From the IMG/VR virus record IMGVR_UViG_3300023174_005338, positions 62,001 to 126,000 of that record: a stretch of DNA of 64,000 bases; one strand, 5' to 3'. Shown piece after piece: positions 27,930 through 36,591 of the stretch. A model generated the notes under the pieces. That model was not told the origin of the DNA. It saw only the letters and a program-made list of their open reading frames with translations, and made no database searches. Numbering within the stretch: the first letter of the stretch is position 1; the number at the start of each line of letters is the position of its first letter. A program made the position numbers and the translations under genes.

Positions 27930-28160
27930 AACGTGTTCTGTAGCAGGAACTAGTCTGACCCGGACGATTGAACTGGAGTAGCTACCAGGGGTGGCAGTCT
28001 CCCAACCTAGAGGCCGCTGGCAATGCGAAAACGGTCCCCGCGTGGAGCGGATGGTGAGGTAGAGATTGTGGTCTTGCTGAGTCCTATCGGGCAACCAAGA
28101 TGTGCTGTCATTGGATTATGGCACGGATTTCTACTATAGTAACCGCCGGGGGACGCAGAG
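27930..28160 (+). ncRNA. Putative structured non-coding RNA, family unassigned
   Basis: GC-rich gap with no convincing ORF and nested helices GTCCCC/GGGGAC, GCGG/CCGC, GTAGAGATT/GATTTCTAC closing two hairpins (TCTTG/CAAGA; GTGCTGT/ATGGCAC); strand assumed from the flanking operon. Confidence 0.55.
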
Positions 28161-28166
28161 CATTAT

Positions 28167-28219
28167 GTTAGTGAACACTAACATCAGTAGTTGACAAAGT
28201 CCAGCATTTGTAGTATAAT
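28167..28219 (+). promoter_or_regulatory. 16-bp palindrome plus promoter
   Basis: GTTAGTGAACACTAAC (28167-28182), 8 bp, then TTGACA-N17-TATAAT. Confidence 0.75.
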
Positions 28220-28305
28220 TACTAATAGCTAGCCAATTTAAACTTGAAGAAGTTGGCGGCTGTTTATTAACCGACAGTCTCAGGACTGCTATGAAAGGAT
28301 GTAAA

Positions 28306-29367
28306 ATGGCACAGCGCCTTACCCGCAAACTTACCGATGTGGCCGCGGAAGTTGAAAAGCAAATCAAGGCCCACTACAACATCACGCAACGAGAACTTGA
28401 TTCTTTCCGTGAACGAGCTCAAGCAAAACATAAATTGGGTTTAGATTTTCCTGAATCAAAAATGGTTCCTATTGATGATCTTTGGATTGACTACGAAGTC
28501 CAACGAGATGTCTTGCACAAACACATCATCAGTATCATGAAAAATTGGGATCCAAGAATTTGTAGTCCTGTGTCGGCTTGCCGTTTGCAAGATCGCGATC
28601 GCAACGATACATATGATGGTCAGCACAGAACCATCTCGGCTACTATTTTAGGCTATAAAGAAATTCCCGGAGCAGTGGTTCATACCGATGATCCAAACTT
28701 TGCTAGCCTGGCCTTTGAAATGCTCAATGACACTGGTGTAAAACGTTTAGGTCCAGGAGACTTGCATCGTAACGCCTTGGTTCGTTACAAAAATGGCAGC
28801 CGAGAAAGCCGGAATGTGTGTGCTCGCACTTTGCAAGATCAATTTGATAATTTACAAATCGACCTGCAAGACAAAGGTTCCCGGTCCAGCGATAATTTAC
28901 GTGGCGATCATGATTACTTCTTTAGTCATTTCAAGTACGCATACAAAGGCATTGAGATTGACGAATCCGGCAAGGTATTGTATGCCATACTGGAGGCTAT
29001 AAAAACAGTGTTTCCTTTGCAAGAAGAAATCGATCAAGGTGTGTTTATTGGGTTGTGCGAATTGCAACGCCTAAACAGCACAAACTCACGCAACAAATTG
29101 CCCGACGGTTGGATGAAAATTTTATTGGAATCTGCCAAGACTACTTTTAAAAGTAGTCACTTGATACATGCCAAGGCAAAAATCCAATGGGAACACAGTC
29201 ATCCAGGTGCAGGCTGGGTGGCACCCACTGCCATGAGCAACTTCCTGCGTGAGATGCACTTACGCAACGGTGGTCAGTTAAATCTCCCCTATCACGGCGA
29301 AGGTGCCAAGGTTGGTATTGTGGATGGTAATGTTGCTCCAGGACTGTTTCCACAAGGAGGCGAATAA
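28306..29367 (+). CDS. ParB/Srx-superfamily protein with DGQHR motif
   Basis: LWIDYEVQRDV...WDPRI...YDGQHRTISA...AFEMLND; AAAGGA RBS. Confidence 0.8.
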   Translation: MAQRLTRKLTDVAAEVEKQIKAHYNITQRELDSFRERAQAKHKLGLDFPESKMVPIDDLWIDYEVQRDVLHKHIISIMKNWDPRICSPVSACRLQDRDRNDTYDGQHRTISATILGYKEIPGAVVHTDDPNFASLAFEMLNDTGVKRLGPGDLHRNALVRYKNGSRESRNVCARTLQDQFDNLQIDLQDKGSRSSDNLRGDHDYFFSHFKYAYKGIEIDESGKVLYAILEAIKTVFPLQEEIDQGVFIGLCELQRLNSTNSRNKLPDGWMKILLESAKTTFKSSHLIHAKAKIQWEHSHPGAGWVAPTAMSNFLREMHLRNGGQLNLPYHGEGAKVGIVDGNVAPGLFPQGGE

Positions 29368-29368
29368 T

Positions 29369-29848
29369 ATGAAATGCGTGTTAAAAGAAACTGTATTTGG
29401 AGAACGGCTAAATGAACAAATGTCACTGAGTGATGCAATTGATTTGCTAAGTGACCTAGACCTCATTAACATTGGTGAGTTGGGTGAAAAAGCAGTAAGC
29501 ATACAAACTGGAATCAGTCAATGTGCCAAAAATACTCCTAACATTGATCTGCTCAACGGTATTCAAATCAAAACCGCTCAAACAAATCCTGATAATCCAA
29601 CAAACGGATTTCTCAAAGCCTGGTTCACTATCAAGAATTGCACGGCTCCAATTGCTGTTATTGTTACAGAACGTGTTACAAAGAAACAATACTTTTTTTA
29701 TATACCGTACTCAGGATACAAACATATGAATGCCAATGCAGTCAGTATTCCATTTGACGAGCGTGGTAGACCATACACTAAAAATGAATGGTGGTATTAT
29801 AACGTACCAACCTGGGCAGATCTTTGCAAAAAGGCATCGACATGTTAA
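29369..29848 (+). CDS. Putative PD-(D/E)xK nuclease
   Basis: GELGEKAV...PNIDLLNGIQIKTA (E...D...QxK). Confidence 0.55.
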   Translation: MKCVLKETVFGERLNEQMSLSDAIDLLSDLDLINIGELGEKAVSIQTGISQCAKNTPNIDLLNGIQIKTAQTNPDNPTNGFLKAWFTIKNCTAPIAVIVTERVTKKQYFFYIPYSGYKHMNANAVSIPFDERGRPYTKNEWWYYNVPTWADLCKKASTC

Positions 29849-30399
29849 AAGAAAGTCTTGATCAATTTACGGCACCCATCTACGGCAAAACTCAGCGCAC
29901 CCCCGATACCTATCGCACAGTGGCCGCTTACTGTAAGAAGAATCTGGATCGCTTGGTCAACAACTACAATGAAGTAGTAAATGATCAACAGTTATTGCGT
30001 GAAATCCGTAATGATATTGACACATACTTGCGTCGCTATCATGAATACTGCATCCAGCAACGTGATGGCATGCTGGCTCACTATCATGAAATAGGCGCCG
30101 ACACGGATTGTGATTTTGAACATCTGATACCAGCGGCTCGTATTCGTGATTTACTTCTTGCCGGCGCCATTACAGTAGAACAAGCTCTTAATGCTCCTAC
30201 AGTGAGATTGAGTCGGGCCAAACACCGGGCACTCAAAGATGCAGGTTGGTCCGCCAAAACTCCCAACATGTGGTTGCCGTTTGAACGCTATACCAATGTG
30301 TTTGGAGCTACTTACCAAACCCACGACGGAACGGCTGTTGATCCGTTGACATGGACCTTGGAAAAGCATTACAATTACTTTCAACACCTTGTGTTATGA
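29842..30399 (+). CDS. Hypothetical protein with HNH-like EHxxP motif
   Basis: DCDFEHLIP followed by a predicted strand/helix (PTVRLSRAKH). Confidence 0.55.
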   Translation: MLKESLDQFTAPIYGKTQRTPDTYRTVAAYCKKNLDRLVNNYNEVVNDQQLLREIRNDIDTYLRRYHEYCIQQRDGMLAHYHEIGADTDCDFEHLIPAARIRDLLLAGAITVEQALNAPTVRLSRAKHRALKDAGWSAKTPNMWLPFERYTNVFGATYQTHDGTAVDPLTWTLEKHYNYFQHLVL

Positions 30400-31457
30400 A
30401 CAATTACTTAGAAACCATCCGAACCAAGTACGACATCAAGGACTATGTTGAAACGCCTGTGACCATACCTGATTTGCCTACTGAAGGCATTGTGCTGATA
30501 GTAGGAACTTCGGGTTCAGGCAAGAGCACGATCCTGCGCAGACTTGGTCACACCCAAGCCGTGACGTCGAGTCCTTGCAGTACTGTGATAGAAAACTTTT
30601 CTACCCCTGAACGCGGCGAGGAATTACTTCTAGCCGCAGGCTTGCGTAGCATACCCACTTGGTTCCGGCCACCTAATACATTGAGCAATGGTGAATATCA
30701 CAGATTTGAAATGGCCATGGCCATAGATCAAGGTATCCGTTGCATTGACGAATTCACTAGCGTAGTTGACCGCGACACAGCCAAGAGCTTGGCCTACAGT
30801 GTGAGGAAGTATTACAATCAGAATCCTGGTGTGCTATATATTGCCAGTTGCCACAGAGACATAACGGAGTGGTTGGATCCTGACTGGGTCTACGACACAG
30901 ACCTGCAGAAACTTGATAATCGGAGGTCACTTCTTCGACTGGGGACAAGACCAAAACTCACACTCACCATCCGAAGCACAACTCCGGACTATTGGCGATA
31001 TTTCAGTAAATATCATTATCTAGATACCCGGATGAGCCGTAGCGTTCATTGCTATGTGCTGTTGCTAGGTGACAAGCCCATTGGTTTCCATGCTGCAATA
31101 CATTCAACCAATAGAGATATTCACAGTTACTGGCGTGGACACAGGACTGTGATACTGCCTGAGTTTCAAGGCATGGGTATAGGCACTGCGTTCAGTGATG
31201 CCATAGCACAGATCTATGTGGATCGCGGCCTAAGATACTTTAGCAAGACTGCTCATCCAAGTTTTGGTGAACACAGAGAAAAGAGTCCCTTATGGCGGCC
31301 AACCAGTACCAACCGTAAGAGTCGAAAAGGCAGTTATCTGCTCAAGGATGGCTCAATCAGAGCCATGCCCGGCTACGGTGGTAATGCAGAAATCGCTCGA
31401 AGAGATGCAGATCGTGTGTGTTACAGCCACGAATACATTGGCGTCAAGAAGAACTGA
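30396..31457 (+). CDS. ABC-type ATPase fused to GNAT acetyltransferase
   Basis: Walker A GTSGSGKS, signature LSNGE, Walker B IDEFTS, H-loop SCH; C-terminal WRYFSKYHYL...VILPEFQGMGIG. Confidence 0.88.
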   Translation: MNNYLETIRTKYDIKDYVETPVTIPDLPTEGIVLIVGTSGSGKSTILRRLGHTQAVTSSPCSTVIENFSTPERGEELLLAAGLRSIPTWFRPPNTLSNGEYHRFEMAMAIDQGIRCIDEFTSVVDRDTAKSLAYSVRKYYNQNPGVLYIASCHRDITEWLDPDWVYDTDLQKLDNRRSLLRLGTRPKLTLTIRSTTPDYWRYFSKYHYLDTRMSRSVHCYVLLLGDKPIGFHAAIHSTNRDIHSYWRGHRTVILPEFQGMGIGTAFSDAIAQIYVDRGLRYFSKTAHPSFGEHREKSPLWRPTSTNRKSRKGSYLLKDGSIRAMPGYGGNAEIARRDADRVCYSHEYIGVKKN

Positions 31458-31752
31458 GTTCGCATTTTAGAGTTTGATAGTCTTGTATGGTACTGACCGT
31501 TGGTGTGGTCCGAGCATCATAATGGCTTTCCATGGTCTGCCATTCTTCTTCGTCCACAGCTGAAGTCACAATCAATTCATATTCGTGACCATCGGCACTA
31601 TACAATTTTATAGTTTCAAATCCAAATCCGCCTGCGGCAGCGTTTTTGGCCGCTTCAGCAAGACCCTTCAAGGCCTGACGATCTGCTACTATGTAACCGG
31701 TGCCTCGAGGACCGGTGGGTGGATACATGTGTAATCTTCCTGTGGGTTTCAT
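31444..31752 (-). CDS. Hypothetical protein
   Basis: ATGA-coupled to dnaE. Confidence 0.65.
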   Translation of the reverse strand: MKPTGRLHMYPPTGPRGTGYIVADRQALKGLAEAAKNAAAGGFGFETIKLYSADGHEYELIVTSAVDEEEWQTMESHYDARTTPTVSTIQDYQTLKCELSSS

Positions 31753-33422
31753 TGATAGTGTTCTATGTCCTTTAAGTCTAGCTTCTTGTGTTTATACACT
31801 GTAACATATTCTGAATTATTTTTGTACCCCAGTTTGCCCTGACCCCAGAGTATGGGTTGATCATGAAAGCTAGCCGCATGTGGTAGGATTACATCAAGAT
31901 AACGACCATTGCCAGTACCTAGTGTAACAAAGGTTATGTATTTCTTTCGGTCGGATTTGAATACTCTATAGTTGGCTACTAGGCCGCAGAACTCCACAGT
32001 TCCTGGGCCACGTCGTTCTTGACAGGCCGGAATGAATCTTTGACTTGACCAGCGACCGTTGGCACGCAGTTCGGCCACTTCACCACCTTCGGTCACAGCA
32101 GGCACAGCACCAGCCAACTTGGCTTCTTGCCAGTAAACCCAGCGGGCGTAGCTACCTTGGCAGTGCTTGAGAGCCGCACGCCAGAACTGTTCAGGATTGT
32201 GTGCTTTCTGATAGGCCAAGGCCCAGATCAATCGGCCCAGGTTGATGGCATGTGCCCTACACAGTCCGAAATGGCTGAGCTCACGTAGTGCTAAAAATAT
32301 TTCTTCTTTTTTGGGATGGTCTCCTACTAGCACCATGAACTCAAAGATCTTTTCTTCATCCTTTTTGGCAAAGGCTCGCCGCCACATGTCCGCAGTGTAT
32401 TGATCACAACCCAAGATTTCTGAAATCAGCTCTATGGCATCGTCCTCAAACACTATGGTATCTTGCAGTTGATCTGTCGACCAGTCTTGGAACGCTGACG
32501 CACGACGCCGACCCATGGTAGCCACTGGTCTTATAAGTGCTGTGGCCAGCACACAATCACTTCTAGTTCTTGGACGAATGGCCTTGCACAATCGTTTCAT
32601 GGCTGGGCTTTCGGCCTGTGTAACACCCAGCACATTGCCTGAGCTCAACAACTCTGCTGTGGCTTCATCTTCTTCGGGATAGTCCAACAAGTCACGCTGA
32701 TCTATCTCCCACAGTTGACTGAGTCCGCGATTGGCCAAGATATCGATCTTGAAATGTTCAAGATCTTCTATTTCATACTTGTCCAAAAGTATTTGATTGG
32801 TGCCGTTGATTAAACTTTTTGGTACGGCACGATCAAAGATCAGGATACCGCCGCAGTGTTTTGAAATACAACGTTTTTTGCCCATGAGTTTTTGTGTGAG
32901 CCGTTCAGCATCCTCCACATAGTCGGGCACTACTTCTTCAAACCGGAAGTTTCTTTTCAGTGTGCCCTTGGCACCCAGGCGCTTGGCTGCTTCTCTGCGT
33001 GCTGATTTTTCTTTGTACATCACATAGTTGCTTACCCTGGCACTCTGTCCAGGCCAGCGCCGGAATATCCTGTTCATGACTTCTTCCTGTTGCCAGTGCG
33101 GGAAGTCTAGATCGATGTCGGGCAGGTCATCACGTTTGGGATTCATAAAGCGTGACAAGGGTATGCGTTCCTGTATAGGATCCACATCCGAAATGCCCAT
33201 GAGCCAGCATAGCAAACTACTGCCAGCTGATCCTCGAGTGATGTGTGGAATGTCTCGTGTGAGATCCAGGATTTCTCTCACACGCAAAAAATGTCGTGCG
33301 AAATTCAAGTTGGCTATGATTTCTAGTTCTTCTTCAAGCCGTGTTGCGTAAGCTGGATCGTTGGGTAGTTGTCGTGTAAATTTTGAGATTAGTATTTCTA
33401 GTTCGTCATATCTGCTTTTCAT
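31749..33422 (-). CDS. dnaE: Compact DNA polymerase III alpha-like (family C) protein lacking the PHP domain
   Basis: RGSAGSSLL, RFMNPKRDDLPDIDLDF, KHCGGI, FKIDIL, FGLCRAHA, C-terminal OB-like strand set. Confidence 0.9.
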   Translation of the reverse strand: MKSRYDELEILISKFTRQLPNDPAYATRLEEELEIIANLNFARHFLRVREILDLTRDIPHITRGSAGSSLLCWLMGISDVDPIQERIPLSRFMNPKRDDLPDIDLDFPHWQQEEVMNRIFRRWPGQSARVSNYVMYKEKSARREAAKRLGAKGTLKRNFRFEEVVPDYVEDAERLTQKLMGKKRCISKHCGGILIFDRAVPKSLINGTNQILLDKYEIEDLEHFKIDILANRGLSQLWEIDQRDLLDYPEEDEATAELLSSGNVLGVTQAESPAMKRLCKAIRPRTRSDCVLATALIRPVATMGRRRASAFQDWSTDQLQDTIVFEDDAIELISEILGCDQYTADMWRRAFAKKDEEKIFEFMVLVGDHPKKEEIFLALRELSHFGLCRAHAINLGRLIWALAYQKAHNPEQFWRAALKHCQGSYARWVYWQEAKLAGAVPAVTEGGEVAELRANGRWSSQRFIPACQERRGPGTVEFCGLVANYRVFKSDRKKYITFVTLGTGNGRYLDVILPHAASFHDQPILWGQGKLGYKNNSEYVTVYKHKKLDLKDIEHYQ

Positions 33423-33564
33423 GGTTGCCTTACTTGGGTTGCCTTGCCTACATACTTACCGATTCAAATATACCTATAAAAATATATTCGGCAAACTATA
33501 GGCACAATCTATTAAAAAGCACCATATATACTGCTATAATATAGTTTTTTAATAGGAGAATACT

Positions 33565-33696
33565 ATGGAACAATATGTGTGCCAGGTATGTGGTCACGTG
33601 CATGACGAAACCACCGAAGGTGCTTGGGAAGATCTTTCAGACAACTTCATTTGTCCAGAATGTGGTTGTTTCAAAGATGAATATGTTATAATGTAA
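33565..33696 (+). CDS. Rubredoxin
   Basis: Manual translation MEQYVCQVCGHVHD...WEDLSDNFICPECG; AGGAG RBS. Confidence 0.9.
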   Translation: MEQYVCQVCGHVHDETTEGAWEDLSDNFICPECGCFKDEYVIM

Positions 33697-33730
33697 CGTA
33701 GATTTATTTTTTTTTAAAGGAGTAGTAAAA

Positions 33731-34168
33731 ATGGCAAAATCCGTAAAAGGAACCCGTACCGAGAGCAATCTCAAAGAAGCATTTGCTGGTGAGAGCCAAG
33801 CAAACCGTCGTTATTTGTATTTCGCAAACATGGCCGACGTGGCAGGGGCACCAGACGTAGCCGCAGTGTTCCGTAGCACAGCCGAAGGTGAAACAGGACA
33901 TGCCCATGGTCACATGGAATACCTGATCACTGGTGGAGCCGGCGAACCTGGTACCAGCATGCCTGCCAGCACTGTGGCTGAAGCCCTAGAAGCTGCCATC
34001 CACGGCGAAACACATGAGTACAGTGACATGTATCCTGGCATGGCCAAGGAAGCACGTGACGAAGGTTTTGACGAAATCGCTGACTGGTTTGAAACACTAG
34101 CCAAGGCAGAACGCAGCCACGCCAACAAGTTTACCAAGACCTTAGCGGCTCACAAGGCCGAGCAGTAA
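33731..34168 (+). CDS. rbr: Rubrerythrin (ferritin-like domain only)
   Basis: [31 protein letters not shown] di-iron motifs. Confidence 0.93.
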   Translation: MAKSVKGTRTESNLKEAFAGESQANRRYLYFANMADVAGAPDVAAVFRSTAEGETGHAHGHMEYLITGGAGEPGTSMPASTVAEALEAAIHGETHEYSDMYPGMAKEARDEGFDEIADWFETLAKAERSHANKFTKTLAAHKAEQ

Positions 34169-34182
34169 TCGGAGGCAGGAGT

Positions 34183-34488
34183 GTGCAAGTAGTCAGCTGG
34201 CACGACTGGTTGGACAGGCACATTCCTTACTACGAGAAGGAACGGCAACAAAATCGTTATTACAACAATCCACCAGCGTCGGTGCTGATAGTCGACCCTG
34301 TGGATCGCAATCGACGTGTAGGCCTGCGTGGTTTTGCCTGGTCAACCTGGGAAGCCATGGATGCGGACATACGAGTTCTGCGCTACAGAGCCGAACCTGT
34401 GTTCCTGGACAATGACACACATCAACGCTGGTATTGGGTGTTCTGGGATGCCAACGAAGCACTAATGGCAGTGATAAGATTGTCATGA
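34183..34488 (+). CDS. Hypothetical protein
   Basis: GGAGG RBS, GTG start. Confidence 0.65.
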   Translation: MQVVSWHDWLDRHIPYYEKERQQNRYYNNPPASVLIVDPVDRNRRVGLRGFAWSTWEAMDADIRVLRYRAEPVFLDNDTHQRWYWVFWDANEALMAVIRLS

Positions 34489-34736
34489 ACATACGATTAC
34501 GATTCGCCTGGTTGCCTACTCAAATGACTAGTGGACAACGCATATGGTTAACACATTACTGGCATCATCAATATCTGTATGATGAAACCACAGGACGGCC
34601 GCCTTTGTGGGGTCGGCACTTTGAGTTTACAGAAACCAAGGCCGAACAAACTTTTCGAGTCTTAAAAGAAAGTGTGTTACATAATCGAAATGTTTGGAAC
34701 GAATACGAACTGACCAAAAAGGATAAAAATGCTTGA
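34485..34736 (+). CDS. Hypothetical protein
   Basis: ATGA-coupled; FAWLPTQM...IWL. Confidence 0.65.
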   Translation: MNIRLRFAWLPTQMTSGQRIWLTHYWHHQYLYDETTGRPPLWGRHFEFTETKAEQTFRVLKESVLHNRNVWNEYELTKKDKNA

Positions 34737-35361
34737 AACAATATGTGAAACACTGGTAGAAGCTTATCGCCGCAACTGGATTACCAGTCGGGATGGCAAC
34801 GTAAGTATTCGTCATCACGATAGAGATCATTTCTACATTACGCCATCCAGTGTACGCAAGCAGACTCTTCAACCAGATCAGTTCAAGAAGATTGGCATCT
34901 TGGACGATGTGTGGAGAGATGGTCCAGAATGGATAGAGTTGCCCTACACTGACATCAGTGCCAATCTAAAACCGTCGGGAGAGATCCCCTTGCATTTTGG
35001 CCTACAGAAACGTATGGGTCAGCACTCGGAAGAAGTGCGTGTAGTGCTCCATGTACATCCTACCTACTCGGTGGCGGCCATGCATGCGGGCATACAGTTA
35101 AATGAGTTGGTGCGAGATTTTCCAGAACTTTCAAGATACACACGAGTGGCCGCCAATGTTCCAGATGTGCCACCAATCAGTCAAGAACTAGCAGATCAAT
35201 GTTTTGAAAAGTTAGAACTGGATGATTTAGGCAACATAGCCTACGACATCGTGGGCATACGAGGACATGGAGTAGTGGCTGTTGATACCAATCCCTGGCG
35301 TGCCTATGAGCATATTGAAAGATTAGAACACATCTGCAAGATAGTGCTGGCCAGCAAATAA
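34729..35361 (+). CDS. Class II aldolase/adducin family protein
   Basis: SRDGNVSIR, PSGEIPLH, VLHVHP, GHGVVAV. Confidence 0.9.
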   Translation: MLETICETLVEAYRRNWITSRDGNVSIRHHDRDHFYITPSSVRKQTLQPDQFKKIGILDDVWRDGPEWIELPYTDISANLKPSGEIPLHFGLQKRMGQHSEEVRVVLHVHPTYSVAAMHAGIQLNELVRDFPELSRYTRVAANVPDVPPISQELADQCFEKLELDDLGNIAYDIVGIRGHGVVAVDTNPWRAYEHIERLEHICKIVLASK

Positions 35362-35382
35362 TTTTAAAACAACTGACCTAGA

Positions 35383-35889
35383 TCACTTGCCTTTGCGAAC
35401 TTCACCGGTTTGGTCGGGCCACCAATCAGGATCTGGATCCAGACGATTTTTATACAAGGCCTTGATTCTGCGTTCGTATTCTTCTTTGCTGCCTTTGACA
35501 CGGCCCGATACCACATCCAACACATAGTTCAAGGTCACTGCATTGGCACTCAGTGTGGCACAACGTGCTGTGACTTCATTTTTCAGCAAATCCAGCAAGA
35601 TGCTTTCAGAGCTGTCTGCCAGCACCCTAACGTATTTTTTGGGCACATGCAGGTCTATGGTGCTGTACACAAAATCATAGTGCGGAGCCGGACAACAGTG
35701 CAGGATGTATTCGTCCTTGACTTCTATGCGTTTGAACCCATCCTTGTTGTACCACACCGCACGATTGTCCGTGAGTTCATCAGGCTCGCCGAATTTCTTG
35801 GTCAAACTCTTTACAAATGCCACAGGCTCCTCGTTTTTCCAGGTAGTCAGTGACGCTCGGCTTTCCAGGATTATCTGATGTATTTTCAT
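35383..35889 (-). CDS. Hypothetical protein
   Basis: MKIHQIILES...; ATAAATA box 8 nt upstream. Confidence 0.7.
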   Translation of the reverse strand: MKIHQIILESRASLTTWKNEEPVAFVKSLTKKFGEPDELTDNRAVWYNKDGFKRIEVKDEYILHCCPAPHYDFVYSTIDLHVPKKYVRVLADSSESILLDLLKNEVTARCATLSANAVTLNYVLDVVSGRVKGSKEEYERRIKALYKNRLDPDPDWWPDQTGEVRKGK

Positions 35890-35896
35890 ATTAGTT

Positions 35897-36508
35897 CTAT
35901 TTATCGCGGGTCCAGAATCCAACACGTTCGTCTGAGGCGCTGGAATACCAACTGTAGCCCGGCGGTGGTGTAGGATCTTGACCCTGCCAAACAGGTATGA
36001 TTTCGTCACTGTTGTGATTGCGGAAATCGTCGTTGTATCTAAGATGTATTTCTATCACACGGTCACCAATGTATTCCACGTTGATCCATTCTTGAGTGCG
36101 TGCCAGCCCCTGTAACCAGGTGGGCAAGGGCAGAAAATCTGCAATGCGTCGCCATAGGCAAAATCTATCCAGACGCTCCCCATCACGAAAACCCTGTACT
36201 GTCAGTTGAGGTTGCCCCCAGTGATAGTCCACACTGATGTGTAGACCCAACAACCACTCACACCAAAAATGTCCGTCGGGCACCAGGTGGTCATCATCGG
36301 CGGTCAACCACAGCCGTTGAGCACCACGGCCCATCATGCGTATGTTGGTTATGGGTCGGACCACGTACCAGGCCGGTTCTGGAACAGTAATTCCTGCTGG
36401 TCCGGCCCGCAGGCCCTGCTGTCGTGCCACTATCAGTTTGTCGTAGATCCATAACCAGTCCTGAGGACATGTTGCCCATACATCACAGTCACTGACAGTT
36501 TCTATCAT
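35897..36508 (-). CDS. Minimal ATP-grasp-like protein
   Basis: VVRPITN...GRG, WCEW...HISVD, INVEYIG..IEIHLRYN. Confidence 0.55.
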   Translation of the reverse strand: MIETVSDCDVWATCPQDWLWIYDKLIVARQQGLRAGPAGITVPEPAWYVVRPITNIRMMGRGAQRLWLTADDDHLVPDGHFWCEWLLGLHISVDYHWGQPQLTVQGFRDGERLDRFCLWRRIADFLPLPTWLQGLARTQEWINVEYIGDRVIEIHLRYNDDFRNHNSDEIIPVWQGQDPTPPPGYSWYSSASDERVGFWTRDK

Positions 36509-36552
36509 GATCTCATTATATATCTGTTAATCTGCCTCAGACAACAGTTCTG

Positions 36553-36570
36553 GTGTCACACTGCTGTAAC
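36553..36570 (+). promoter_or_regulatory. Pho box (PhoB-binding direct repeat)
   Basis: GTGTCAC-ACTG-CTGTAAC: TGTCAC/TGTAAC half-sites exactly 11 bp apart, TAAATA about 11 bp further on. Confidence 0.65.
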
Positions 36571-36591
36571 ACACGGTCCTGTAAATAATGT

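Noticed and set aside
27930-28160. RNase P, tmRNA, SRP, tRNA, hammerhead or group I intron identity for the structured element
   Set aside because: GAGGAAAGTCC, tRNA-like ends, the SRP GGAA loop, CTGANGA+GAAA and P7 motifs were not found.
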